Origin: Dehalococcoidia bacterium
GTDB taxonomy: Bacteria > Chloroflexota > Dehalococcoidia > Lucifugimonadales > UBA2962
Direction: 5' to 3'
DNA: 64,000 nt
Assembly (NCBI GenBank): GCA_965250195.1
Contig: OZ252295.1
Location: 1,818,887-1,882,886 of the forward strand
This document shows, one piece after another, positions 1 through 10,296 of this stretch; position 1 is the first letter of the stretch, and each line of letters opens with the position of its first letter. The notes beneath the pieces were generated by a model. That model worked only from the letters and a program-made list of their open reading frames with translations. It searched no databases and had not been told where the DNA came from. Position numbers and translations under genes: made by a program.

Positions 1-1311
<1,311 letters not shown>

Positions 1312-1327
1312 TAACTCTCCAAAGCGC

Positions 1328-2743
1328 TTATTCGAGAATCGCATCTTGCCCGCTGTCGTCGAGCTTCGCAAGGGTGGCGAGCGTGACCGGATAGACGGGT
1401 GCTCGTCCCCTGGGGCGTCCCGCATCTGCGATAGGCCGTCCCGTTTGCTCGGCGATCACCGTAGTGACGAGGTTGTCGCAGTAGCGGCCCTGGCAAACGC
1501 CCATGCCTGCCCCGCTCAACCGTCGAACCTCCGGTGCCGTCCCATTGCCCGGTGCGACGGCCGCCCTCACATCGCCGAGCGTTGCGCCGGTGCACTTGCA
1601 CGCGACCACCGAGTCGCCGCCAACACTCCTGGGGCCCCCATCGCTCCTGTCGCCTTGATCTAGGGCAACCCGGCGCCGGGCCGCCGCCCGCGCCTCGCCG
1701 CGTCTGCCCAACCTGCGTTCAGCGATCATCCCGGTCGCCTCGGCCGCCAGTGCGGCTGCGCCAGGGTGGCGCAAGCCGAGAGCTTCCGCGGCCCTCAGTC
1801 CGGCCAGTCGGCCCAGGGAAATGGCCACGGCTCCGTTCTCAATACCCGACGCGTCTCCTGCCATCAGCACCCTTCGGTCGGACGTGCGAAATGACTCGTC
1901 GACGACCGGCACCCAGCCGCCCAGGTCGCGCTGATACGCCGTCTTCACACCCAGCAGTGAGGCCACATGAAACTCGGGTGCACGACCGGGCGCCAGGACC
2001 ACACGGTCAACCGCAAGCACCTCTGCCGACGACTCGTCGCACCCCTCCACCTTTCCAACGGTGACGCTCTCTACGCCGACCTTTCCAGTTGCGCCCAATA
2101 TGACGTGTCCCTCCAGCAGCCTCACCCCTGCGCGCTCTGCGTCTCGGAGCATGTCCGGCATCGCCGTCATCTCCGTCGCGTCATTGATCACCGCGACCAC
2201 TTCGACACCGACGTCCCGCAGGCCCCTCGCTACGATCAGCGCTTCGTCGCCTGCGCCCACCACTAATGCGCGGCTACCCGGTCGCGCCCCCCAGCGGCTC
2301 ACCGTCGTCTGGACGGCCCGCGACAGCAAAACCCCTGGCAGCGTCCAGCCCGGGAAAGTCACAACACCGTCAGTGCTGCCCGTGGCCACAATCAGTTGAC
2401 GCGCGTTCACCCGCTCGGCTGTGCCAGAGTGGGTGAACGAAACTGTAAGTTCTGGATCCACGTCCCACACCGGCGTCCCGGCGATCAGTTCTGCCCCCGC
2501 GGCCCTCGCTTGCCGGTGCAGCGCGGTCACGTAGGCCTGGCCGGTCATGCCTTCGTAAAGGTCGAGCCGATCGCGGAGGGGCTGGGACTGCAGGCCCAGA
2601 AGGCCGCCGAACTCCCGACTCGCCTCCAGCACCAGCACCGAAGTCCCGGCCTGTGCCGCCGTCATGGCGGCGCTTAGGCCCGCCGGGCCGCCGCCTACGA
2701 TCACCACGTCCACGTCGCGCATCGGACGTCGTTTCTCAGACAC
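1328..2743 (-). CDS. FAD/NAD(P)-binding oxidoreductase with C-terminal BFD-like [2Fe-2S] motif (HcnB/OoxA-like)
   Basis: 471 aa. N-terminal VVIVGGGPAGLSAA dinucleotide fold. C-terminal CKC...CQGRYC cysteine cluster. Overlaps the upstream DAO gene by 8 nt. Confidence 0.8.
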   Translation of the reverse strand: MSEKRRPMRDVDVVIVGGGPAGLSAAMTAAQAGTSVLVLEASREFGGLLGLQSQPLRDRLDLYEGMTGQAYVTALHRQARAAGAELIAGTPVWDVDPELTVSFTHSGTAERVNARQLIVATGSTDGVVTFPGWTLPGVLLSRAVQTTVSRWGARPGSRALVVGAGDEALIVARGLRDVGVEVVAVINDATEMTAMPDMLRDAERAGVRLLEGHVILGATGKVGVESVTVGKVEGCDESSAEVLAVDRVVLAPGRAPEFHVASLLGVKTAYQRDLGGWVPVVDESFRTSDRRVLMAGDASGIENGAVAISLGRLAGLRAAEALGLRHPGAAALAAEATGMIAERRLGRRGEARAAARRRVALDQGDRSDGGPRSVGGDSVVACKCTGATLGDVRAAVAPGNGTAPEVRRLSGAGMGVCQGRYCDNLVTTVIAEQTGRPIADAGRPRGRAPVYPVTLATLAKLDDSGQDAILE

Positions 2744-3929
2744 GGCTCAGGTCCTCCTTGTTCGCTCGCCAAAATGCCGCAAAATCTTCACCGGGGGGGC
2801 CCGAACTGTTTGGCAATTCGAAGCGGGCAGGGGAGAACGGCGCGAGGTCGACTACCCGCGCTCGGCCCTGGGTGATCAGTTCGGAGATGGCGATTCCGAC
2901 GACCGGCGCCAGGGTAATCCCGCTATGCGTCACCGCCACGTACAGACCGTCTACCCCCGAGGCCTGGCCGAGAATCGATATGCCGTCCACGGGCCAGGGC
3001 CTCAGCCCGGCCCAGAACCGCATCGCCCGCGCACCCCCCAGCGCCGGGAGCAGGCGCATGGCCCTGCCCGCGAGCGCCGCCAGCGTTGGCAGGTGGGTGG
3101 CCCGCGTGTAACCTGCGTCCTCGTAGGTCGTGCCGATGATTACCGAGCCCGAGGGCATCTGCCGCATCTGGCTCACCGGCATCGGGAGCATTCTGGGAAG
3201 AGGTTCGGTAGTAACGATCTGGCCGCGCTTGGCAAATACCGGAAAGGTCACCCCGGCCATTTCACCCAGCGCCGGAGTGTGGATGCCCGCCGCGATGACC
3301 ACGGTCCGGGTAGCGATCGTTCCACTGTCCGTCACCACGCCCGTAATCGTTCCGCTATCGATGTCGATCCCCGTCACTTTCGTTCCCAGGGAAATCCGTG
3401 CGCCGTGTCGCCTGGCCGCAGCGGCCTGCGCCAGGGTCAGCCGAAAACTGTCCACGCAGCCGTCCTGTGCCGAGTAAAGCGCCCCGACGATGCCCTCGGA
3501 AAGCGCCGGTGCCAACTCTCGCGTCCGGTCGGCGTCGAGCGTCTGGACGTGCATCCCCGGCACCTGGTTTTGCCGGGCCGCAAGTAGCCGGGCCTCCTCC
3601 ATCTCGCCCTCGGTCTCGGCCAACACCGGCATATTGCCGCTCGCCTCGAAGCCGATTTCGGCGTCCAGCTCCTCCGACAGTTGGCGATAGAGCTGGACGC
3701 TGCGCAGGTTCAGCGCCGTGTACTGCGGCGTTGCGTCCTTGGTCGACGCGTTCACCAGCGCGACCGTTGTGCCCGTGCAGCCCGCGGCCAGCCCCTTGCG
3801 CTCCAACAAGGAGACAGAGAGTCCGGCCCGTGCAAGACGAAAGCAGATCGACGTCCCCAACGCACCGCCGCCGATAACCACGGCGTCCGCCGTTTTGGGT
3901 GGTTCGCCCGTTGTAATTCGCTCAATCAA
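2736..3929 (-). CDS. FAD-dependent oxidoreductase, DAO family (HcnC/OoxB/sarcosine-oxidase-beta-like)
   Basis: 397 aa. AVVIGGGALGTSICFRLARAG GxGxxG motif near the N-terminus. TTG start. First gene of a 3-gene minus-strand operon. Confidence 0.8.
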   Translation of the reverse strand: MIERITTGEPPKTADAVVIGGGALGTSICFRLARAGLSVSLLERKGLAAGCTGTTVALVNASTKDATPQYTALNLRSVQLYRQLSEELDAEIGFEASGNMPVLAETEGEMEEARLLAARQNQVPGMHVQTLDADRTRELAPALSEGIVGALYSAQDGCVDSFRLTLAQAAAARRHGARISLGTKVTGIDIDSGTITGVVTDSGTIATRTVVIAAGIHTPALGEMAGVTFPVFAKRGQIVTTEPLPRMLPMPVSQMRQMPSGSVIIGTTYEDAGYTRATHLPTLAALAGRAMRLLPALGGARAMRFWAGLRPWPVDGISILGQASGVDGLYVAVTHSGITLAPVVGIAISELITQGRARVVDLAPFSPARFELPNSSGPPGEDFAAFWRANKEDLSRV

Positions 3930-4061
3930 TTAGCTGGCTCTGAAGGCCGCCAATTATAGCTTCGTACCCGTGTCAGGGTGTTTGGGTAGGGAGGACGAAG
4001 ATCGGTTGCTTTTCGCGGCGGCCATCTCCGGTTTTCCGCCCTCGCCATCACCGGTAGTCCG

Positions 4062-4529
4062 GTGTTGGGCGCACCGCCGGTCCGGGCCGGCACGCTGGCG
4101 CTGGAGGGGCGTGAGTCGCTGCCTGGCGAGCCAGTATCGGTGACGGCTCTGTTGACGAACACGACCGACGAGTCGGTCGTCTACACCGCGGTCCTGTGGG
4201 TGAACAGCTGCATTGAGACGACCCAGAGCGTCGTGCTCAAGGCCGGTGAATCGGTGCCGGTGCGCTTCTGGGTAACGCGGCCCATCGGCAGCTATGCCCT
4301 GCGGCTCGACCGCTGCACGGCCACCCTCGCTGTCCGCACTGGAGCCGAGCCCGCCAGTGGCCTGGTGACTCTGCCGAGCGCTGGCGGATTCGCCCCTTCG
4401 GGCGGCCTGCTGGCCGGGGCCAGGGCGGCCGATCTCGCTCTCGTGGTTACTGACTACGTGCTGGTGCTGGCTAGCTTTCGAAAAGTAGCTCGCCGTCGAC
4501 GTACGTCTGCTGCACCTGAATCTCTCTAA
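4062..4529 (+). CDS. hypothetical protein, Ig/CARDB-like segment plus C-terminal TM; possibly a 5'-truncated remnant
   Basis: 155 aa with a GTG start. The frame opens only at 3990, and there is no signal peptide or SD. The 3' end overlaps the convergent amidohydrolase by about 59 nt. Confidence 0.35.
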   Translation: MLGAPPVRAGTLALEGRESLPGEPVSVTALLTNTTDESVVYTAVLWVNSCIETTQSVVLKAGESVPVRFWVTRPIGSYALRLDRCTATLAVRTGAEPASGLVTLPSAGGFAPSGGLLAGARAADLALVVTDYVLVLASFRKVARRRRTSAAPESL

Positions 4530-6087
4530 TGTAGTCGGGGTCCACGGCTGTCGGGTCGTGGCTCAGCACCACCATATCCGCCCGTTTGCCGACTTCGAGC
4601 GAGCCGACTTCGTGGTCACGATTGGTGGCGTAGGCGGAGCCGTTCGTGTACTGCTTTAGCACTTCCTCGGCCGGAATCGCCTGCTCCGGGGAGAGTTGGC
4701 TGCTGTCTATCTGCAGACGTCTGTTGGCCAAAGCGGCTATCCCGGTGAGCGGCGGCAGGGGCGCGCAGGGAAAATCAGACCCTGCCGCGATCGTCGCTCC
4801 TGATTCCACCAGATCCTTGTAAGGGTAAGCGGGTAGCGACAGGTTGTAGTCGTCCAGCGTCTCTTGAAATAGCTCGCCGATGGAGAACAAAAACGGCGGC
4901 TGCAGCGACAGCACGATGGGCATTGCGGCCGACCGTGTTATCTGGTCCGGCCGCGGGAACGTCATGTGCTCAATGCGGAACCGGAGCTTGTCGGCGCCGG
5001 GAATCTCGTCAATCGCACGCTGGAAGGCATTCAGTCCCTGGTCGATTGCCCGATCGCCGATGCAGTGAATGGCGACCTGCGTGCCGTTGCCCGCGGCCCG
5101 CAGCACCAGGGCGTCCACCTCGTCCTGAGTGTAGTAAATCTCCCCCTCGGGAGTCAGTGACCCGTCTTTGTGGCACATGTTCATCGCGTAGTCGGGGTAG
5201 ACCGGGTCCATGAATAGCTTCATCGTCCCGCCCCGCAGCCGGTCCGACACGTTGTCCTGGTCGAAAACCCCCTGCGACGCCTGCTCCGGGATCTGAAAAA
5301 ACCCGTCGCCGCCCCGCAGTTGCTGCACGGCGATAGGCAGCTTGCCCGCCGCGTCGGCGATGCGGTACATCTCCGCGCTCTCGGGCATCGTTAGCGCGTC
5401 GCCGATGCCGGTAATGCCGACGGACAGGTGGCGCATCGCGTTCTGATGCACGAGTTCCGCCACGCCTTCCTCGCCGAAGTGGTCGATGTGGGCGCGCATC
5501 GACATGTGGTGAACCGGGTCCATTGCCCGCTCCTCCAGCACGCCGTTTGGCTCCTCGTCGGCGCCCTTCTTAATCCAGCCCTTGTACGGGTCGGCGGTGC
5601 TGCCGTCGATCCCGGCCAGCGCCAATGCCGCCGAGTTTGCGTAGCAGGCGTGGTAAGAAAAATCCATAATGCACACCGGGTTGTCCGGTGCCACCTCGTC
5701 CAGTTCCTGTCTGGTCAACGCTGTGGCCCCCTTCACCGTTTCGCAGTTGAAGCCCAGACCCCACACCCACTGGCCCGCCGGTGACCCGGCAGCCGCCGCC
5801 CCGATCGCCTCCAGCACGCCGGTCTTGCTCGGCAGCGGAGGCATACGGCAGTCCACCATCACCGGTTCCCACGTCGTCATGGAGAAGTGGTTATGCGGGT
5901 CGATGAACCCCGGCGTAACGGCCCGGCCCTGCAAATTGACCACGCGAGTGTTGTCGCCAATGTGTTTGCGCACGTCCACGCTGGAGCCGACGGCCGTGAT
6001 CTTGCCGCCGCGCACCGCCAGCGCGTCGGCGCGCGAGCTGCGGCCGTCCATCGTGAGAATCTTTCCGCCCAGCAGTACCAAGTCCAT
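4471..6087 (-). CDS. amidohydrolase-3 family metal-dependent hydrolase (YtcJ-like)
   Basis: 538 aa. N-terminal beta-sandwich followed by GFIDPHNHF metal motif. HCIGD and GSDFP motifs. SD aggagg lies upstream of the ATG. Confidence 0.85.
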   Translation of the reverse strand: MDLVLLGGKILTMDGRSSRADALAVRGGKITAVGSSVDVRKHIGDNTRVVNLQGRAVTPGFIDPHNHFSMTTWEPVMVDCRMPPLPSKTGVLEAIGAAAAGSPAGQWVWGLGFNCETVKGATALTRQELDEVAPDNPVCIMDFSYHACYANSAALALAGIDGSTADPYKGWIKKGADEEPNGVLEERAMDPVHHMSMRAHIDHFGEEGVAELVHQNAMRHLSVGITGIGDALTMPESAEMYRIADAAGKLPIAVQQLRGGDGFFQIPEQASQGVFDQDNVSDRLRGGTMKLFMDPVYPDYAMNMCHKDGSLTPEGEIYYTQDEVDALVLRAAGNGTQVAIHCIGDRAIDQGLNAFQRAIDEIPGADKLRFRIEHMTFPRPDQITRSAAMPIVLSLQPPFLFSIGELFQETLDDYNLSLPAYPYKDLVESGATIAAGSDFPCAPLPPLTGIAALANRRLQIDSSQLSPEQAIPAEEVLKQYTNGSAYATNRDHEVGSLEVGKRADMVVLSHDPTAVDPDYIREIQVQQTYVDGELLFES

Positions 6088-6289
6088 ACCCTAACTCCTC
6101 CTCGAAACGACCCATATGGCCCCGGGATGCCATCGAAACGACCGAATGCGCTCTCAGCCTGCGAACGCCAGTACATCGGGGCGCTCGGAGTTTAAGTGCG
6201 TCCGTATACCCCGTCAAGGACGGCGTCAGTCGTAATTGCTGCGCCAGTCCATACCGGGCAAAACCGTGCTACGAAAGCGTGCCAGGGAA

Positions 6290-6318
6290 TTGTCGCCCCT
6301 GGGCCGGGTGGCTATAAT
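6290..6318 (+). promoter_or_regulatory. candidate sigma70-type promoter for the tRNA-Leu/tRNA-Cys pair
   Basis: TTGTCG (6290-6295), 17-nt spacer, TATAAT (6313-6318), about 110 nt upstream of tRNA-Leu. Confidence 0.4.
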
Positions 6319-6430
6319 TTCCTCCAGTCACCGCCCTACCGGGGACCCTGGGACGAGCGCGCAGCCGTCTACAGGCCCGTTGGGTCCGGCGAGTGAGGGC
6401 CGGTGGGTGATGGGCCGTATGGCAGGGTGC

Positions 6431-6517
6431 GCCGAGGTGGCGGAATTGGTAGACGCGCAACGTTGAGGGCGTTGTGGCCGCAAGGCCGTGGGAGTTCGAG
6501 TCTCCCCCTTGGCACCA
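6431..6517 (+). tRNA. tRNA-Leu(GAG): tRNA-Leu (anticodon GAG), CCA encoded
   Basis: Acceptor GCCGAGG/CCTTGGC. D-arm GTGGCGGAATTGGTAGACGCGC typical of class II Leu tRNAs. Anticodon loop TTGAGGG. Long variable arm. T-loop GGAGTTCGAGTCTCC. 3' ACCA. Confidence 0.9.
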
Positions 6518-6550
6518 GCTAACAATTGGGGCACCAGCCAAAAACATCAA

Positions 6551-6627
6551 GGCGCCGTAGCCAAGTGGACTAAGGCGGAGGTCTGCAAAACCTCTATTCG
6601 GCGGTTCGAATCCGCCCGGCGCCTCCA
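6551..6627 (+). tRNA. tRNA-Cys(GCA): tRNA-Cys (anticodon GCA), CCA encoded
   Basis: Acceptor GGCGCCG/CGGCGCC. Anticodon stem GAGGT/ACCTC with loop CTGCAAA. T-arm GGCGGTTCGAATCCGCC. 3' TCCA. Confidence 0.9.
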
Positions 6628-6675
6628 CTCCTCGATAGCTTTTTATGAAACAGATGCCTGAACTAGGCTCCCCCG

Positions 6676-8355
6676 TCAGTTCGACAGTAGGATCACCAGC
6701 GTCGCCTTCACGCCGTCTGCGTCATTGTCCAGGGCGAGGAAGCCGACCGAGAATTTACCGAACCTCTTGATCGTCGTCCCCGTCTGACCGTCCTCGATAA
6801 TCATCTCGGATGTCCCCAACGGGCTGTCCGCTCTCAAGGAAATCTGGATCACTACCCGGCCCGGTGCCTCGCAGGTCTGTCCGGCCGGGCAGCGGGTGTC
6901 CTCAATGACGGTGACGAACCTCGCCGTCATGCCGGAGACCACCCCCTTGGGACTGGTCATTTCTTGACCCAGGGGCAGCCTTACCGGCACCCCTAGCTCG
7001 GTCAGCGTCGTCTCGCCCGTCGGGTTGGACTCGACCGCTTCTGGGAACTCGAACGCCAGGTTGAGCGGCTGCGGCGTCGGCGTTGGCCTCGGCGTCGCTG
7101 TCGCGTCCGGCGCTATCTCCGGCGTCGGCTCCTGTTCGGCCGCGGTGCCGGTGCGAACCTCCGCAGCGATCTCAGCGCCAATACCGAGAGTGAACAGCTC
7201 CGTCTCGGCCAGCACGCCGTCGCGACCCTGTCCGCCGACGATCAGCAGCTCGCCGTCCGGCAACAGGGCGAGCGAGCTGCGATAGCGCCCAATCAACATG
7301 TCCCCCGCCGTCGTCCATGTGTTGGTGGCCGGGTCATACACTTCCACCGTGTCCTGGCTGCCGGTGCCCCCGGCAACCGCCACTCGGCCGTCGGGCAGCA
7401 GCGCGGCTACGTGTTCGGCGCGGGGCGCGTTCGTGTCAGCCAGCGAGCCCCAGGAGTTGGTCGCAGGGTCGTAGATCTCCGACGTCGTCCGTTTGCCTCT
7501 GCCGCCCACCACCAGCACGCGGCCGTCCTTTAGGAGCGTTGCAGTGTGCTGAGCGCGAGAGACGGTCATGTCACCGGCGGACAGCCACTTATCGGACTGT
7601 AGATCGTAGATTTCCGCAGACTTCAGGAAAGGACCGTCCGGCTTGCCGCCCCCGGTAATGAGGACCCGCCCATCGCTTAGCAGGGTGCCGGTATGCCAGA
7701 TGCGGTCGCCCACCATCGACGCCAGCTCCGTCCATGTATCGGCGGCGACATCGTAAATCTCCGTGGTGGGAAGGTGCTCGTACACCTCGTTCGCGCCACC
7801 TATTACCAGCACCCGTCCGTCGGGCAGCACGATTAGCGGCATCTTCTCGTGTGCCACGTTCATCGACGCCACGGCCGTCCAAACCCCGGTGGCCGGGTCC
7901 CATATCTCGGCCGTGTCGATAGCATGGTTTTTGATGCCGCGCCCTCCGGCCGTCAGCACTCTGCCGTCCTGCAGAAGTACCAGCCCGTTAGAAAACCGCG
8001 CGTCGGCCATCTCCCCGGTCCAGTCCCAGGTGCCGGGTCCCGGCGTCCAAACCTCGGCCGTGGCCACAGACCCCGCCGCCCAGGTCGGGCTGTTGCCGCC
8101 GGCGACCAACACCCGGCCGTCGGCCAGCGTCACGGAAGACAGCCACTGGCGCTGCTCCCCCATGTCGCCCACCAGCGCCGAAGCTCCCGCCGTGGGGAGG
8201 GACGCCGTCGTGCCCTCGTCGACCTCCTGGACATCGGTGTCCTGCGGGGAGTCGGCCGTGGTGGCGGAGGGCGAAGAGCCGCACGCGGCCGCCACTATGG
8301 CGATTAGTAGAACGGCGACCGGCACGAGGGGCGCTGTCACGAATACTCTCTTCAA
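6676..8355 (-). CDS. Kelch-repeat (7-blade beta-propeller) lipoprotein with Pro/Thr linker and about 130-aa C-terminal domain
   Basis: 559 aa. Signal peptide plus lipobox AACGSS. Seven repeats of the DGRVLV.GG type. PTPEIAPDATATPRPTPTPQP linker. C-terminal domain with EDTRCPAGQTC motif. TTG start preceded by ggagtaggag. Confidence 0.85.
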   Translation of the reverse strand: MKRVFVTAPLVPVAVLLIAIVAAACGSSPSATTADSPQDTDVQEVDEGTTASLPTAGASALVGDMGEQRQWLSSVTLADGRVLVAGGNSPTWAAGSVATAEVWTPGPGTWDWTGEMADARFSNGLVLLQDGRVLTAGGRGIKNHAIDTAEIWDPATGVWTAVASMNVAHEKMPLIVLPDGRVLVIGGANEVYEHLPTTEIYDVAADTWTELASMVGDRIWHTGTLLSDGRVLITGGGKPDGPFLKSAEIYDLQSDKWLSAGDMTVSRAQHTATLLKDGRVLVVGGRGKRTTSEIYDPATNSWGSLADTNAPRAEHVAALLPDGRVAVAGGTGSQDTVEVYDPATNTWTTAGDMLIGRYRSSLALLPDGELLIVGGQGRDGVLAETELFTLGIGAEIAAEVRTGTAAEQEPTPEIAPDATATPRPTPTPQPLNLAFEFPEAVESNPTGETTLTELGVPVRLPLGQEMTSPKGVVSGMTARFVTVIEDTRCPAGQTCEAPGRVVIQISLRADSPLGTSEMIIEDGQTGTTIKRFGKFSVGFLALDNDADGVKATLVILLSN

Positions 8356-8500
8356 ATCCCTACTCCTACTCCCGCTCCCGACCGTGCTCCGGCTTCGGAC
8401 ACCAAGGGGCCGCGGGTTTGGCTTCGCGGCACCTTACATAAGATATCAGCCGGACCAAAGGACAGCCGGAAAGAGTCAGTCCCCGTTGTTTCGTCGATTG

Positions 8501-8533
8501 ATACGGAATCCCGCTTTGGGTAAGATTCCGTAT
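8501..8533. promoter_or_regulatory. perfect 10-bp inverted repeat in the divergent Kelch-Kelch intergenic region (operator or hairpin candidate)
   Basis: ATACGGAATC (8501-8510), 13-nt spacer, GATTCCGTAT (8524-8533), about 48 nt upstream of the ATG at 8581. Confidence 0.4.
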
Positions 8534-8580
8534 TAGCGCTTGAGTTAACCGATCCCCAACCCCCGACCTAAAGGGTACCC

Positions 8581-10266
8581 ATGAAAAAAGCTACCGCGAA
8601 AAAAGCTTCCGCCGTAATCGCCCTGTTCGCCGCGCTACTGCTCGCGACCGCCTGCTCCAGTTCGCCCGCGACGACCTCGTCTTCGACCTCCGGCTCGTCG
8701 GACACCGGCTCCGATGCCGATGTCTCCGAGACAACGGCATCGGTAGGAACCGAGTCCATCGCCGCCATGTTCGAAGGCAGGCAATTCCACTCGATCACGA
8801 CCCTGTCGGACGGGCGCTTGCTGGTAGTCGCCGGCAAGGGCATACAGGCGCAGTCCAGCGGGTACGGATCGAGCTTCCTCGACTCTGCCGAGGTCTACGA
8901 CCCGGCGAACGACGCGTGGTCGCGGACCGGCAAAATCAGCATCGTCAGGGAGCTGCCGGCAGTCGTCACGCTTAAAGACGGCCGGGCGCTCGTTACCGGC
9001 GGTGCAACCGTGAACCGCAATTCGACTGCCGTTACCGAGATTTGGGACCCGGCCACCGGCGTATGGACCGTCGTCGCTCCCATGAACCAGGCACGCGAGA
9101 AGCTCCAGGCAGTAGTGCTGAGAGACGGCCGGGTACTGGTCATCGGGGGCACCAACTCCGAGGCCCAGCGCACCGGTACCGCGGAAATCTACGACCCGGC
9201 CGCCGATACCTGGACCGACGTTGCTTCCATGGCGGAGAAACGCATTCACCACACCGCCACCGCGCTCCCCGACGGACGCGTGCTGGTAACCGGGGGCGGC
9301 AACCCCGACGGCCCGTTCCTGGGCTCTGCCGAAATATTCGACCCCGCCACCGGGGAGTGGTCGTCCGCGGGCGAAATGAACGTATCGCGAACCCAACACA
9401 GCGCAACCCTGATGGCAGATGGACGGGTGCTGGTAGTCGGCGGCCGGGGAAAACGGGCGACGTCGGAGATCTACGACCCCGAGGCCAATGCATGGATCAC
9501 GCTGGCCGACACCAATGCACCGCGGGCAGAGCACATCGCGGTGGCGCTGCCCGACGGCGGCGTACTGGTGGCAGGTGGCTCCGGCAACCTGGACTCGGTC
9601 GAGGTCTACGACCCCGTCACCGCCACCTGGACCGAGATCGGGACCATGGGCTTTACTCGTTACCGCTTTGTGGCGTCGATACTCTCAGATGGCCGGGTTG
9701 CATTGGTCGGCGGGCAGGGGACCGACAAGGTGTTGGCCGAGAGCGAGGCCTTCAGTCCCCCGGCAGCCGGTTACACGCGCACCGAGCTGATGGCCTCAGC
9801 CGAGGCGGCTCGTGCCGAGGCGCTCGAAATAGCCGCCAATGCCACCCCCACGCCCGTCCCCTCGCCCACGCCCGAGACCGAACGGCAGGCGACGACCGGT
9901 GAGGGCCTAGACATCGACTTCCCGAACGCGCTCGAGTCCAACGCCGAGGGGCGGACACAGGTTCCCCTGGGCCAGCCGGTCAGACTGGCACTGGAGCAGG
10001 CCGTAATCAGCCCCTCGCCCAGCACGGGCGCCACCGCCACATTCGTTGAGGTCGTGGACGACAACCGGGCCTCCGGCGGCAGCGTCACCATCAGGGTGGA
10101 CATCCGCATGTCGTTCTTCGAGCAGGGCGCGACCGATCTGATCATCGACCCGGAAAACCCCGGTCTGAACGTAAAGAAACTCGGCCGCTTCTGGGTCGGC
10201 GCGCTAAAACTGGAAGACGACGCAAACGGCAACCCCATAGCCACCGTCGTGCTCTTCGTGCCCTAG
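8581..10266 (+). CDS. Kelch-repeat lipoprotein, paralog of 6676..8355
   Basis: 561 aa. Lipobox LLATACSS. Repeated DGR(A/V)LV.GG blades. Linker TPTPVPSPTPE. C-terminal domain aligns with the paralog (LDIDFPNALESN... / LNLAFEFPEAVESN...). Confidence 0.85.
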   Translation: MKKATAKKASAVIALFAALLLATACSSSPATTSSSTSGSSDTGSDADVSETTASVGTESIAAMFEGRQFHSITTLSDGRLLVVAGKGIQAQSSGYGSSFLDSAEVYDPANDAWSRTGKISIVRELPAVVTLKDGRALVTGGATVNRNSTAVTEIWDPATGVWTVVAPMNQAREKLQAVVLRDGRVLVIGGTNSEAQRTGTAEIYDPAADTWTDVASMAEKRIHHTATALPDGRVLVTGGGNPDGPFLGSAEIFDPATGEWSSAGEMNVSRTQHSATLMADGRVLVVGGRGKRATSEIYDPEANAWITLADTNAPRAEHIAVALPDGGVLVAGGSGNLDSVEVYDPVTATWTEIGTMGFTRYRFVASILSDGRVALVGGQGTDKVLAESEAFSPPAAGYTRTELMASAEAARAEALEIAANATPTPVPSPTPETERQATTGEGLDIDFPNALESNAEGRTQVPLGQPVRLALEQAVISPSPSTGATATFVEVVDDNRASGGSVTIRVDIRMSFFEQGATDLIIDPENPGLNVKKLGRFWVGALKLEDDANGNPIATVVLFVP

Positions 10267-10296
10267 GGGAGTCTTCTCAGAATCTAGGAGAAACGC

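Noticed and set aside
6163-6176. cGAACgccaGTACa upstream of the amidohydrolase considered as a LexA box.
   Set aside because: It has one core mismatch and no flank match. My rough estimate is that matches of this quality occur about 20 times by chance in a window this size.
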